From assembly GCA_963758295.1 (NCBI GenBank), contig CAVWUU010000004.1:96001-160000 (forward strand): 64,000 bases of DNA, in the 5' to 3' direction. The notes beneath the pieces are model-generated. The model saw only the letters and a list, made by a program, of their open reading frames with translations. It searched no databases and was not told the origin of the DNA. Every line of letters starts with the position of its first letter. The stretch's first letter is position 1. Of the stretch, positions 39,673 through 48,756 are shown in pieces. The stretch comes from Candidatus Eremiobacteria bacterium. Its GTDB lineage: Bacteria > Vulcanimicrobiota > Vulcanimicrobiia > Vulcanimicrobiales > Vulcanimicrobiaceae. A program made the position numbers and the translations under genes.

Positions 39673-40446
39673 ATGGCTCTGCGATGGTTCGGCACCCTCG
39701 TTGCTGCCGTTGTAGTTTTGGCTCCAACACCGGTTGCGCGCGCCGCAGACGATGGTTGTTGGCAACTGATCGATCGTGCGCTTCAACACAGCGCCGGGTC
39801 GCCTCATGCGCGGTTCATAACTTACGGCGAGCACTTCACCGTTTTCGCCGACGGCATCCCGTTGGAGAACATCGGCTCGACGATCGTCTATCGCGACGAC
39901 GGCCTGGCCTATGTTGCCGACGAGCGGTGGGTGCACCCTTTCCTCAGCCGGTTCCTCGAGCCGGGACCTCCGGTGCTTGGCCCGTACCGCGACTCACGGC
40001 CGGGATGGCTTGCGGCCGACACAATGGTTACGGCGTTACCGGTAATCGCGCACGTGCATGCGTATCCGAAAGAAACCTGTGCTGACGACGGGCCGGCGAC
40101 GGTCGACGGAAAACCATTCGTGCATTTGACGGTGGGCCATGAATTGAGCGAGCGTCCGGGGCTGCGTGATATTTGGATCGATCCGCAAGCGTACGACATC
40201 GGCCGTGTCGTAGTTCGTGGTCCGCTGCACTTTTACGTGCGTGACGGCTTCAAGGATGAACTGACGGATTACACCGTCGATTTGGAGCGCGTGGCCCAGT
40301 ACACCGTCGTGCGCCGTGTGACATGGCAGTATCGCGAGCGCGAATACAGTCAATGGACGGACCTCTCCGCCGAATACGATTTTCGCGACTACAATTTCAG
40401 CGACGTCCCTCCCCCGGGGACAATGCAAGCCGAACTTGCCATGTAG
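39673..40446 (+). CDS. Secreted hypothetical protein, tandem paralog B
   Basis: GGAGG SD; signal peptide ending ARA; same motifs as paralog A. Confidence 0.8.
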   Translation: MALRWFGTLVAAVVVLAPTPVARAADDGCWQLIDRALQHSAGSPHARFITYGEHFTVFADGIPLENIGSTIVYRDDGLAYVADERWVHPFLSRFLEPGPPVLGPYRDSRPGWLAADTMVTALPVIAHVHAYPKETCADDGPATVDGKPFVHLTVGHELSERPGLRDIWIDPQAYDIGRVVVRGPLHFYVRDGFKDELTDYTVDLERVAQYTVVRRVTWQYREREYSQWTDLSAEYDFRDYNFSDVPPPGTMQAELAM

Positions 40447-40496
40447 CACCCCTGGGAACAGACGGATAGGCCGGGATGTGGTATTATGAATAGCTC

Positions 40497-40835
40497 ATGG
40501 AGAACGAACGGGCGAGCGCCACGCCTTTAATCGTTACCGTTGATGGCGAGTGGGATTTGGCTCGGGCTGACGAGTTAGAGGCCCTGTTGCAGCCGACGTA
40601 CGAGCGTTCGAATGTCATTCTCGATATGACGCATTCAACGTATGCGGACTCCACGTGCCTGGGACGGCTCATCCGGATGCGCACGCATCGCGCCGAACAG
40701 GGGTTCGACCCGGCGAGAATCGTGCTTCCCTCGCCCCAGTTAAGGAAGCTCTTCGATCTGGTGGGCTTCGATCGCATGTGGCCCTTATACGATACGCTCG
40801 ACGAAGCCCTTGACTCTTTCCGCACGCATACCTGA
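40497..40835 (+). CDS. STAS domain anti-sigma-factor antagonist
   Basis: V.V.GE.DL, VILDM....Y.DST.LG and LF.LVG.D motifs. Confidence 0.85.
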   Translation: MENERASATPLIVTVDGEWDLARADELEALLQPTYERSNVILDMTHSTYADSTCLGRLIRMRTHRAEQGFDPARIVLPSPQLRKLFDLVGFDRMWPLYDTLDEALDSFRTHT

Positions 40836-40923
40836 TCTCCACTACGTCGAGCCGACGCACCGGAGCGAAACCCCGAACGTCTACGGACGGTAGCAACAAA
40901 CAAACGTAACGGGGATCTGCGCT

Positions 40924-41034
40924 ATGACTTTGCCGATGGCGATCGTTCTTGCAACCGCGATGCTCTGCGCAACGGTGCTCATCATCACGTTTGTCGGCAT
41001 ATCGTTAGCCAATCGCGAATCGCGACGGAAGTGA
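40924..41034 (+). CDS. Candidate 36-aa single-TM small protein (not in the ORF track)
   Basis: MTLPMAIVLATAMLCATVLIITFVGISLANRESRRK; GGGGA SD; stop lies 4 nt before the next ATG. Confidence 0.55.
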   Translation: MTLPMAIVLATAMLCATVLIITFVGISLANRESRRK

Positions 41035-41038
41035 AATC

Positions 41039-41734
41039 ATGAAAATTGGGCTCATCGGAGCAGGTAATATCGGCTCGGCGTTAGCGCGGCGGTTTCGCGC
41101 CGCCGGCCACGACGTTGCCATTGCAAACTCTCGGGGGCCGGAAACGCTGCGCGAGCTTGCCGATGAAACCGGCGCGAAAGCCGTTACGCTGCACGATGCT
41201 GCCCGAGGCCGGGACGTCGTCGTCGTTACCATTCCGGAAAAGCACATCTTGCAGCTCCCCAAAGATTTGTTCGACGGCGTTTCTCAAGACGTCGTCGTCG
41301 TCGATACAGGCAATTACTATCCCCGTCAGCGTGACGGACGCATCGAAGAGATCGAGAACGGCACCGTAGAGAGCGTGTGGGTTTCGCAGCAGATCGGACG
41401 CCCCGTGATCAAGGCGTTCAACAACATCTATGCTGAACACTTACAAAATCTCGGGAAGCCGAAAGGCGCCGATGGACGTATCGCACTTCCGGTTGCCGGT
41501 GACGATCCAAAGGCGAAAGCCCTCGTTATGGGCCTCATCGACGAAATCGGTTTCGATCCGATCGACGCCGGAATGCTTGCGGATTCCTGGCGCCAACAAC
41601 CGGGGTCTCCGGTATACACGCACGACTACAATGCCGACGGAGTTCGCCGCGCGCTTTCTCAGGCAACACCCGAGCGCACGCCGGAGTTCACCGGTTCAAC
41701 AAACAGTCCGGGCACTTTCGAATCGCCGGCATAG
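41039..41734 (+). CDS. NADPH-dependent F420-reductase-like oxidoreductase
   Basis: IGAGNIG, NSRGPETL, D.GNYYP.RDG, KAFNNI and SWRQQPG.PVY motifs. Confidence 0.88.
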   Translation: MKIGLIGAGNIGSALARRFRAAGHDVAIANSRGPETLRELADETGAKAVTLHDAARGRDVVVVTIPEKHILQLPKDLFDGVSQDVVVVDTGNYYPRQRDGRIEEIENGTVESVWVSQQIGRPVIKAFNNIYAEHLQNLGKPKGADGRIALPVAGDDPKAKALVMGLIDEIGFDPIDAGMLADSWRQQPGSPVYTHDYNADGVRRALSQATPERTPEFTGSTNSPGTFESPA

Positions 41735-41765
41735 CATCGCTGCGTTCGAGCATTGTAGCGCCAAA

Positions 41766-41799
41766 ATAAACAGCCCCGCAGTTAACGCAGGGCTGTTTT
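41766..41799. terminator. Bidirectional terminator
   Basis: AAACAGCCCCGC/GCAGGGCTGTTT hairpin between convergent units. Confidence 0.7.
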
Positions 41800-41803
41800 G
41801 AAT

Positions 41804-41880
41804 TGGTGGGCCATCCTGGGATCGAACCAGGGACCTCATGCTTATCAAGCATGCGCTCTAACCAGCTGAGCTAATGGCCC
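41804..41880 (-). tRNA. tRNA-Ile(GAT)
   Basis: Reverse complement GGGCCATTAGCTCAGCTGGTTAGAGC..TTGATAA..GGTTCGATCCC..TGGCCCACCA. Confidence 0.96.
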
Positions 41881-41945
41881 GGACAAATCAGAAGTATAGC
41901 ATAGAGCGCAAGACCCCTTTTTTGTCGCAGCTATTGCCGAAACGG

Positions 41946-42197
41946 TTAGATGAGCTCGATGAATTTCTTGCAGATTTCATCCTCGTCTTTTAGGCGCGCA
42001 AGCATAAGCTGTTCCAGTGCCTGGCGCTCGCGCTCGAGTTCGGCTTGCTGTTCCATCTCCAGATCGAAGACTTGCCGTTGGGCGGCCAGTGCCGCTTCTT
42101 GAGTTTGCGTTCCGGCGTCGTGGTCGGGGACCGGCGCGGCAGGCTTTCCCTGGGGCGCACGCGGTGGGCGAGCGGCGGGTGAAGGGGCGGCGATCAT
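41946..42197 (-). CDS. Small helical protein, paralog of 42194-42520 (putative secretion rod/pilin-like subunit)
   Basis: Pro-rich N-terminus; C-terminal 50 aa are 23/50 identical, without gaps, to the upstream gene; ATGA overlap. Confidence 0.7.
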   Translation of the reverse strand: MIAAPSPAARPPRAPQGKPAAPVPDHDAGTQTQEAALAAQRQVFDLEMEQQAELERERQALEQLMLARLKDEDEICKKFIELI

Positions 42198-42520
42198 TCA
42201 CCGATGCTTTCGATAAATTTCTTGGTGATGCCGTCGTCTGCTTTGCGTTGCGCCATCTGCGCATCGCGCAGCGTATTGATCTCGCGCATGTTCTCGGCTT
42301 GTTGATTCATCGCTTCGTCGAAGACGGTCGACTGAAGATCGAGCTGCTGCTGACTCATCATTTCTTGCGCCATCAGGCCGGTTTGAAAGGCGTTGTTCTC
42401 GCCGAGCATGCCGGTGAGTGCGCCGTTACTGCCGCCGAGGATCGCGTTGGCGCCGCCGCTAACCAGGCCGCCGATGACGGCGGGTGCCGCCGCTTCTAGG
42501 ATCGGGGCGAGAAAAGCCAT
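42194..42520 (-). CDS. Small Gly/Ala/Gln/Met-rich helical protein (putative type III pilin/needle-like subunit)
   Basis: Strong AAGGAG SD; no Sec signal; amphipathic C-terminal helix ending KKFIESIGE. Confidence 0.72.
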   Translation of the reverse strand: MAFLAPILEAAAPAVIGGLVSGGANAILGGSNGALTGMLGENNAFQTGLMAQEMMSQQQLDLQSTVFDEAMNQQAENMREINTLRDAQMAQRKADDGITKKFIESIGE

Positions 42521-42581
42521 GACGTGGTTCTCCTTAGAAAAATGAAACGTGCGAGTCGATCACGCGCTTAGGTGCGCGCGG

Positions 42582-43238
42582 CTAGGGCTGGTCGCCGTCG
42601 ATATAGGCGCCGATGTCGTTTTGGGATTGCGAGTGGCCGGTTGAGTCGATGCCATTAGGGGGATGCCACGAGCAAGCGCCCGCGGCCGGCATCGATGGCA
42701 GTCCGGCACCGCTCTGAAGCAGCTGCGCGAGGGAAGTGAGGCCGTTTACGTTGCCCGCGGTTTCGGCTTGATCGGCACGGGCGTCTTCGGTGTGGCCGGT
42801 GATTTGCGCGTAGTGACGGAGGACCGAGTCAGCGTAACCTAGCGTCTGTCCGTCGCCCCAGGTCGTCCGAGTACCCGTTGCCCCCGGGCTGCCGGCATTA
42901 TAAGCGGAAAGCGCTCTACGGGCATCGCCGCCGTAGCGACTCAGAAGTCCCGAGAGCATCCCCGCGGCATAATCCGCGTTCTTGGCCGGGTCCATGGCAG
43001 CGGGCGAGCGAGCGAAATCGTGCCAACGGTCGTCAATTTGGAACAGCCCGCGGCCGTGCCCGCCGTCACCAACGATATTTGCGCCGCCGTTGCGGCCCGG
43101 GCCGCCGGTTTCCTGAGCGGCTACGGCGGCCAAGAGCGACGGGTCGAGCCCATGGCGCTGCGCGGCCGAAACGATCTGCGGCGCATAGTTTACACCTGAA
43201 CCCGTCAGGCGTTCGGTAAGGGAGCTTCCGACGTTCAT
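42582..43238 (-). CDS. Lytic transglycosylase (SLT domain), no signal peptide
   Basis: AAQRHGLDP.LLAAVAAQET, GRGLFQI, DP..N...AA.ML and ALSAYNAG motifs. ATG at 43238. Confidence 0.88.
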   Translation of the reverse strand: MNVGSSLTERLTGSGVNYAPQIVSAAQRHGLDPSLLAAVAAQETGGPGRNGGANIVGDGGHGRGLFQIDDRWHDFARSPAAMDPAKNADYAAGMLSGLLSRYGGDARRALSAYNAGSPGATGTRTTWGDGQTLGYADSVLRHYAQITGHTEDARADQAETAGNVNGLTSLAQLLQSGAGLPSMPAAGACSWHPPNGIDSTGHSQSQNDIGAYIDGDQP

Positions 43239-43266
43239 CGCTTCGGCAATCCCACCGCCTAGGCGT

Positions 43267-43295
43267 TTGACAAGGGACGGTCCTGGCTCTACAAT
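43267..43295 (+). promoter_or_regulatory. Sigma70 promoter of the yceD-rpmF-fab operon
   Basis: TTGACA-N17-TACAAT. Confidence 0.75.
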
Positions 43296-43362
43296 TCCAC
43301 AAGTCGTTTTGTGGGGGCTCCGCCGCCTAGGTGGGGCCCTCATCCTGCGATAAAGCACCGTC

Positions 43363-43869
43363 ATGACGCGTTCGCACAAGGTCGATATCAGTGGGTTGAT
43401 CGCCGGCGGCAGGCAAGTACTGCTGGTCGACGACCAGGTGCCCATCGAAAACTTCGAAGGCCTCGAGTTCCCGAAGCCGGCCAAAGTGCATCTCGAAATG
43501 CGGTACGTCGATCGACTGCTTCATATAGAAGGTGAGATCGACGCATCGCTGCGTGGCGAGTGCGATACGTGCTTGGAGACTTTCGATCGCGACGCGCACG
43601 TAGACGTCGACGAGCGACTGGATCCAAACGCCGATAAGGATGAAGATCCCTTCGGCGAAGGCAACGTGCTGACGGGCGACCGTCTCGACGTCGCCGATCT
43701 TGCACAGCAATTACTGCTGAGCGAACTTCCGATGGGGTTCCGCTGCAGCGAAGACTGTAAGGGCCTTTGCGGCGCTTGCGGAACGAATTTGAACGCGGGC
43801 ACATGCTCGTGCTCGCGTAATAACGGAGAGTCTAGTGGCAAACCTGAAGTGGAAGACGCCGCGCAGTAA
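43363..43869 (+). CDS. yceD: DUF177/YceD family protein
   Basis: ECDTCL and C.EDCKGLC..CG.NLN..C.C motifs; upstream of rpmF. Confidence 0.9.
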   Translation: MTRSHKVDISGLIAGGRQVLLVDDQVPIENFEGLEFPKPAKVHLEMRYVDRLLHIEGEIDASLRGECDTCLETFDRDAHVDVDERLDPNADKDEDPFGEGNVLTGDRLDVADLAQQLLLSELPMGFRCSEDCKGLCGACGTNLNAGTCSCSRNNGESSGKPEVEDAAQ

Positions 43870-44041
43870 AACGCGCAGCCGTCGTGCGGCAAACTGGAAG
43901 TTGAACCCGGTCACGACCGTGGAGTGCAACCAGTGTCATCAGCCGAAGCGCCCGCATTTTGCGTGCGGTTTCTGCGGAACCTATGACGGCCGTCAGGTCG
44001 TCGAGATCCGCGACGAACACGCCGGTCACGATCACGATTAA
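43835..44041 (+). CDS. rpmF: 50S ribosomal protein L32 (zinc-binding form)
   Basis: K.K..RS....RRA, CNQC, PH..C..CG.Y.GRQV. Confidence 0.94.
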   Translation: MANLKWKTPRSKTRSRRAANWKLNPVTTVECNQCHQPKRPHFACGFCGTYDGRQVVEIRDEHAGHDHD

Positions 44042-44044
44042 ACG

Positions 44045-45022
44045 TTGACCGGAGTCAGGGTCGCCGGCGCCGGGCACTTTGCGCCCGAGCGGGTTGTTAC
44101 CAACCACGATTTCGAGCAGTGGCTCGATACGTCCGACGAATGGATAACGAGTCGAACCGGGATGCAACGCCGTCACTGGTCTTCCGATGCGGAAGCAACC
44201 AGTGATTTGGCATTGGCGGCCGCACGCATGGCGCTCGATCATGCGCAGCTCTCGCCACAAGACATCGACGCGTTCATCGTCTGTACCGTCACCCCCGACT
44301 TTCCATTCCCCGCTACGGCATGCATCGTTGCAGCCGCGCTGAATGCTAAAGATAAGGCCGCCTTCGATCTCGAGATCGCTTGTAGCGGCTTTATTTATGG
44401 CCTTACCGTCGCATCCGCGCTCGTGCGCTCGGGCGTCTATCGCCGCATCATGCTGATCGGCGCAGAGACGCTCTCGAAGATCGTCAATCGAGAAGACCGC
44501 AGCACCGCGGTGCTCTTCGGCGACGGCGCAGGCGCGGTGATCCTCGAAGCCTCAGCGGAAGATTCGTTCTTGGCATCCGAGCTGGGCGCCGACGGCAGCC
44601 GTCCGGAACTCTTGCTCGTCGAAGCCGGCGGATCGCGCCGCCCTGTGGATGCGCATGCAATCGACACAAAAGCGAATCTCATTCACATGGAAGGCCGCGA
44701 GGTCTTCAAGTTCGCCGTTACCAAAATGATCGACGCAACGGATCGGGCGCTGGCGAAAGCCGGCATGACGAAAGCTGACGCCGATGTGTTGATTCCGCAC
44801 CAGGCGAACAAACGCATCATCGACGCGGCCATGAAGTATCTGGAGATGCCGCACGAAAAGTGCATCGTGAACATTCAGGAGTACGGCAACACGTCGGCGG
44901 CATCGATTCCGATTGCGTTGTCCGAAGCCGTGCACGATGGGCGCGTGAAACGCGGCGACACCATTGTTTTCGTAGGCTTTGGCGGCGGCCTTTCGTGGGG
45001 CGCCGTGGTTTGGAAGTGGTAA
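44045..45022 (+). CDS. fabH: Beta-ketoacyl-ACP synthase III
   Basis: DTSDEWI..RTG, ACSGF, LFGDGAGA, PHQAN and GNTSAAS motifs. Confidence 0.96.
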   Translation: MTGVRVAGAGHFAPERVVTNHDFEQWLDTSDEWITSRTGMQRRHWSSDAEATSDLALAAARMALDHAQLSPQDIDAFIVCTVTPDFPFPATACIVAAALNAKDKAAFDLEIACSGFIYGLTVASALVRSGVYRRIMLIGAETLSKIVNREDRSTAVLFGDGAGAVILEASAEDSFLASELGADGSRPELLLVEAGGSRRPVDAHAIDTKANLIHMEGREVFKFAVTKMIDATDRALAKAGMTKADADVLIPHQANKRIIDAAMKYLEMPHEKCIVNIQEYGNTSAASIPIALSEAVHDGRVKRGDTIVFVGFGGGLSWGAVVWKW

Positions 45023-45023
45023 C

Positions 45024-45959
45024 ATGCGTGCTGGCGTAGTTTTTCCCGGACAGGGATCGCAAACGGTTGGAATGGGCGTAGACGTCGCGGCGAACTCGCC
45101 CGAGGCGCGCGCGCTGTTCGAAAAGGCGGAAGCGATTCTCGGTTACGATCTGCTCGCATTGCAGCAGAACGGCCCCGAAGAGAGACTTCGTGAAACGCAG
45201 TACAGCCAGCCCGCAATCTTCGTTACGAACGTCGCGCTGTACGCAGCGGCGGCCGATTTCGCCACGCAAGTCGTGGCGAGCGCAGGCCATTCGTTTGCGG
45301 AGTTTTGCAGCTTGTATGCCGCCGGTTCGCTTTCGTTCGAAGATGCGCTCGAAGTTGTGAACGAGCGCGGAAAGGCGATGCAGTACGCGGCCGAAATGGG
45401 CCCCGGCGGCATGTCTGCGGTGCTGGGCCTTGATGCGCAGAAGATTCGCGACGTCGTCGAATTGACGCGTCAAACGACCGGCAAACGCGTGCAGCTCGCA
45501 AACTTCAACTCGCCGACGCAAATCGTCATTAGCGGCGATCTCGACGCGGTAGCAACCGCGGGCGATGCAATGCTTGCCGCCGGTGCCAAGCGCGTCGTGC
45601 CGTTGAATGTTTCGGGCGCCTGGCACAGCGCTTTGATGGAACCGGCGCTCGAGCGTTTCGCGGCAGCGGTCGCGAAGGCGACGTTCACGATGCCGAAGTT
45701 CGACGTGATTTCCAATGTCGATGCGCAGCCGTATCGCGACGTGGAAACTATCAAGAAAAACCTCATCGCTTCGATTACCGACGAAGTTCGCTGGCACGAA
45801 ACCGCCGAGCGTTTGTTGCAATACGAACTGGATCTCGTCGTGGAATTCGGCGCAAGCGGCGTGCTTGGACCTTTGATGAAGCGCATGCCCAATGCCCCCG
45901 ACGCCAAAGTCGTCTCCGACTTCGCGGGCGTGCAAAAGCTGGCGGGAGTCAAAGCATGA
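45024..45959 (+). CDS. fabD: Malonyl-CoA-ACP transacylase
   Basis: FPGQGSQ, QPAI, GHS, AN.NSP.Q.VISG and L.VSGA.HS motifs. Confidence 0.95.
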   Translation: MRAGVVFPGQGSQTVGMGVDVAANSPEARALFEKAEAILGYDLLALQQNGPEERLRETQYSQPAIFVTNVALYAAAADFATQVVASAGHSFAEFCSLYAAGSLSFEDALEVVNERGKAMQYAAEMGPGGMSAVLGLDAQKIRDVVELTRQTTGKRVQLANFNSPTQIVISGDLDAVATAGDAMLAAGAKRVVPLNVSGAWHSALMEPALERFAAAVAKATFTMPKFDVISNVDAQPYRDVETIKKNLIASITDEVRWHETAERLLQYELDLVVEFGASGVLGPLMKRMPNAPDAKVVSDFAGVQKLAGVKA

Positions 45960-46702
45960 ATTTCGGCGGAAAAGTAGCGCTGATTACGGGCGCGAGCCGC
46001 GGAATCGGCCGCGCGATCGCGGTCGACATGTGCAAAGGCGGCGCCGACGTTGTACTGGTCGGCCGCGACCGCGCTTCGCTCGATGACACCGCTGAGGCAT
46101 GTGCGGGGGCGCGTCCGGGCGCAGTGGCGCACGTCATCACTGCAGACGTAAGCGATCAAGCCGCGATGGAAGCTACCGTCAACGAGACGCTCGAGCGGTT
46201 CGGACGTGTGGACTTCGCGATCGCGAACGCGGGACAGTCCATCGATTCGCTGCTGATGCGTTTGAAGCCCGACGTCCTAGAGCAGATGCTCAACGTGAAC
46301 TTAAAGTCGGCGTTTTATCTTTGTGGTGCGGTCACGAAGCCGATGATGAAACAGCGGGCCGGGGCGATCGTCCTCGTCAGCAGCATCGTCGGGCTCACCG
46401 GCAATGCCGGTCAGGCCGCATACGCCGCCTCAAAAGCCGGCCTCCTTGCACTCGCTAAGTCGGTTGCAAAGGAGTTGGGTTCGAGGAATATAAGAGTCAA
46501 CGCCGTCGCGCCGGGTCTAATCGAAACGGCGATGACCGAAAAAATGCCCGACGCCGCCAAGGAAGCCCTCATGAAGCAAGCCGCGCTCGGCCGAGCCGGC
46601 CGGCCGGAGGACGTTAGCGGAGTCGTTGCATTCCTCTGTTCAGAAGCAGCTGCCTATGTGACCGGACAAACAATCGTGGTCGACGGCGGCGTGTTAATGT
46701 GA
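45956..46702 (+). CDS. fabG: 3-oxoacyl-ACP reductase
   Basis: [20 protein letters not shown] and NAVAPG motifs; fab operon context. Confidence 0.94.
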   Translation: MNFGGKVALITGASRGIGRAIAVDMCKGGADVVLVGRDRASLDDTAEACAGARPGAVAHVITADVSDQAAMEATVNETLERFGRVDFAIANAGQSIDSLLMRLKPDVLEQMLNVNLKSAFYLCGAVTKPMMKQRAGAIVLVSSIVGLTGNAGQAAYAASKAGLLALAKSVAKELGSRNIRVNAVAPGLIETAMTEKMPDAAKEALMKQAALGRAGRPEDVSGVVAFLCSEAAAYVTGQTIVVDGGVLM

Positions 46703-46745
46703 TCCGTAAGTATCCCGCCATAACTATTCATTATAAGGAGCTGTA

Positions 46746-46985
46746 ATGTCCACGTTCGACAAAGTCAAGAAGATCATCGTCGAGCAGCTCGGCGTTGACG
46801 AATCCGAAGTCACGCCTGAAGCTTCCATCACCGATGATCTCGGTGCCGATTCGCTCGATCAGGTCGAGTTGGTCATGGCATTCGAGACGGAGTTCAACAT
46901 CGACATTCCGGATGAAGAGGCGGAAAAAATCAAGACCGTCGGCGATGCGGTGAACCGCATAGATTCCGCTACCGCAGGAGCATAA
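46746..46985 (+). CDS. acpP: Acyl carrier protein
   Basis: [15 protein letters not shown] motif. Confidence 0.97.
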   Translation: MSTFDKVKKIIVEQLGVDESEVTPEASITDDLGADSLDQVELVMAFETEFNIDIPDEEAEKIKTVGDAVNRIDSATAGA

Positions 46986-46997
46986 ACCCGCCACCTC

Positions 46998-48332
46998 ATG
47001 TTCGATCAACTCAGCGACCGGTTAGGCGCGATATTCTCGCGTCTGACCGGACGCGGGAAACTCACCGAAAGCGATATTAACGAAGCGTTGCGCGAAGTGC
47101 GCATCGCTTTGCTTGAGGCTGACGTTTCGCTCTCCGCCGCGAAGGCGTTCGTAGCACGGGTCAAGGAAAAAGCACTCGGAGCGGACGTACTCGAGTCGCT
47201 GACGCCGGCACAAACGATCGTCAAGATCGTTCACGACGAGTTGGTCGAAATGCTGGGCGGTGCGCAAGCGCGCCTGCAGTTCTCCGATGCGCCGCCGTCG
47301 ATCATCATGCTGGTCGGCTTGCAGGGCTCGGGTAAAACGACGCAAGCCGGGAAACTGGCCCTGCGTCTAAAAGAACAGGGACGCCGCACGCTGCTCGTCG
47401 CGGCCGACGTCTATCGTCCGGCCGCTATCGCGCAGCTGCAAACGCTCGGAAAACAGATCGATCTGCCGGTCTTCGAACAAGGCCAAGGCGATCCGGTGAA
47501 GATAGCACGCGACGGCGTTGCGGAGGCCAAACGGCTGGGACTCTCCACCGTTATCATCGATACGGCAGGCCGGCTGCAAATCGACGATGCATTGATGGCG
47601 GAACTCGAGCGCATCAAGGCCACCGTCAATCCGAAAGAAATCATTTTCGTTGCCGACGCGATGACGGGTCAAGAAGCCACGAACGTCGCCAAGGGCTTCA
47701 ACGATCGCCTGGGTATCACGGGCGTCATTCTTACGAAGATGGATGGCGATACGCGCGGCGGCGCGGCGCTTTCGATCTTCGATGTCACCGGCGCGCCGAT
47801 CAAGTTCATCGGCGTCGGTGAAAAGCTCTCAGCGCTCGAACCGTTTTATCCCGACCGGTTGGCATCGCGTATCCTCGGCATGGGCGACGTGCTCACGCTT
47901 ATCGAGAAGACGCAGACGCTCTACTCGGAAGATCAAGCGAAGAAGCTCGAGCAAAAGCTGCGGAAGAACAGCTTCACGCTGGACGATTTTCTCGAGCAAA
48001 TGCGCCAGATGAAGAAGCTTGGCTCGATGACCGACATTCTCAAGATGATTCCGGGCGTGTCGCGAGCGCTTCCTAAAGACTTTGAGATTCCCGAAGCGGA
48101 TCTCAAGCGTGTCGAAGCAATCATTTGCTCGATGACGCGAAACGAACGCCGGAATCCCACGATTCTCAACGGCTCGCGCCGCAAACGAATCGCGATCGGA
48201 TCCGGCACGCAAGTTTCCGACGTCAACAAGCTGATCAAAAACTTCGAAGGCGCGCAGAAAATGATGAAACAGCTCGGCGGCAGCATGAAAGGCGGAAAAC
48301 GCCCTCGCTTACCCGCCGGAATGTTCAAATAG
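46998..48332 (+). CDS. ffh: Signal recognition particle protein
   Basis: ALLEADV, GLQGSGKTT, DTAGR, TKMDG, RILGMGD and SR.KRIA.GSG motifs. Confidence 0.97.
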   Translation: MFDQLSDRLGAIFSRLTGRGKLTESDINEALREVRIALLEADVSLSAAKAFVARVKEKALGADVLESLTPAQTIVKIVHDELVEMLGGAQARLQFSDAPPSIIMLVGLQGSGKTTQAGKLALRLKEQGRRTLLVAADVYRPAAIAQLQTLGKQIDLPVFEQGQGDPVKIARDGVAEAKRLGLSTVIIDTAGRLQIDDALMAELERIKATVNPKEIIFVADAMTGQEATNVAKGFNDRLGITGVILTKMDGDTRGGAALSIFDVTGAPIKFIGVGEKLSALEPFYPDRLASRILGMGDVLTLIEKTQTLYSEDQAKKLEQKLRKNSFTLDDFLEQMRQMKKLGSMTDILKMIPGVSRALPKDFEIPEADLKRVEAIICSMTRNERRNPTILNGSRRKRIAIGSGTQVSDVNKLIKNFEGAQKMMKQLGGSMKGGKRPRLPAGMFK

Positions 48333-48462
48333 CCGTCATGATGACAAAAATAAAGAATTCGGTTTGGTGGAAAGCGGAAACCGCCATAAACCGTAGCTCT
48401 CTAGCCAGTCGCGTGCTTTAATCGCGTCTTTTCGCAAAGAACGGAAGACAAGTAAGAACACC

Positions 48463-48756
48463 ATGGTCAAGATCAGACTGCGCCGCATGGGCGCTAAGAA
48501 ACAACCGACGTATCGTTTCGTAGTTGCGGACTCGCGTTCGCCGCGCGACGGACGCTTCATCGAAATCCTGGGCCACTACAACCCGCGTACGGAACCGAAA
48601 ACGCTGGAAGTGGACGCCGAGAAAGCCAAAGAATGGCTGGCCAAAGGCGCGCAGCCCACGTCCACCGTGCAACGTCTCTTCGCCGAGAAGGGCATCATGG
48701 ACCGCGGTCCCATTCCGACGCATAAGCGGAAGCCCAAAAACGAAGGCGCCGCATAA
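48463..48756 (+). CDS. rpsP: 30S ribosomal protein S16
   Basis: [36 protein letters not shown]. Confidence 0.97.
   Translation: MVKIRLRRMGAKKQPTYRFVVADSRSPRDGRFIEILGHYNPRTEPKTLEVDAEKAKEWLAKGAQPTSTVQRLFAEKGIMDRGPIPTHKRKPKNEGAA

Noticed and set aside
48338..48421. Short ORF with tandem Trp codons (MMTKIKNSVWWK...) and a hairpin upstream of rpsP, resembling a trp attenuator
   Set aside because: It has no SD, no terminator T-run and no Trp-related downstream gene. The hairpin is more simply an ffh 3' structure.
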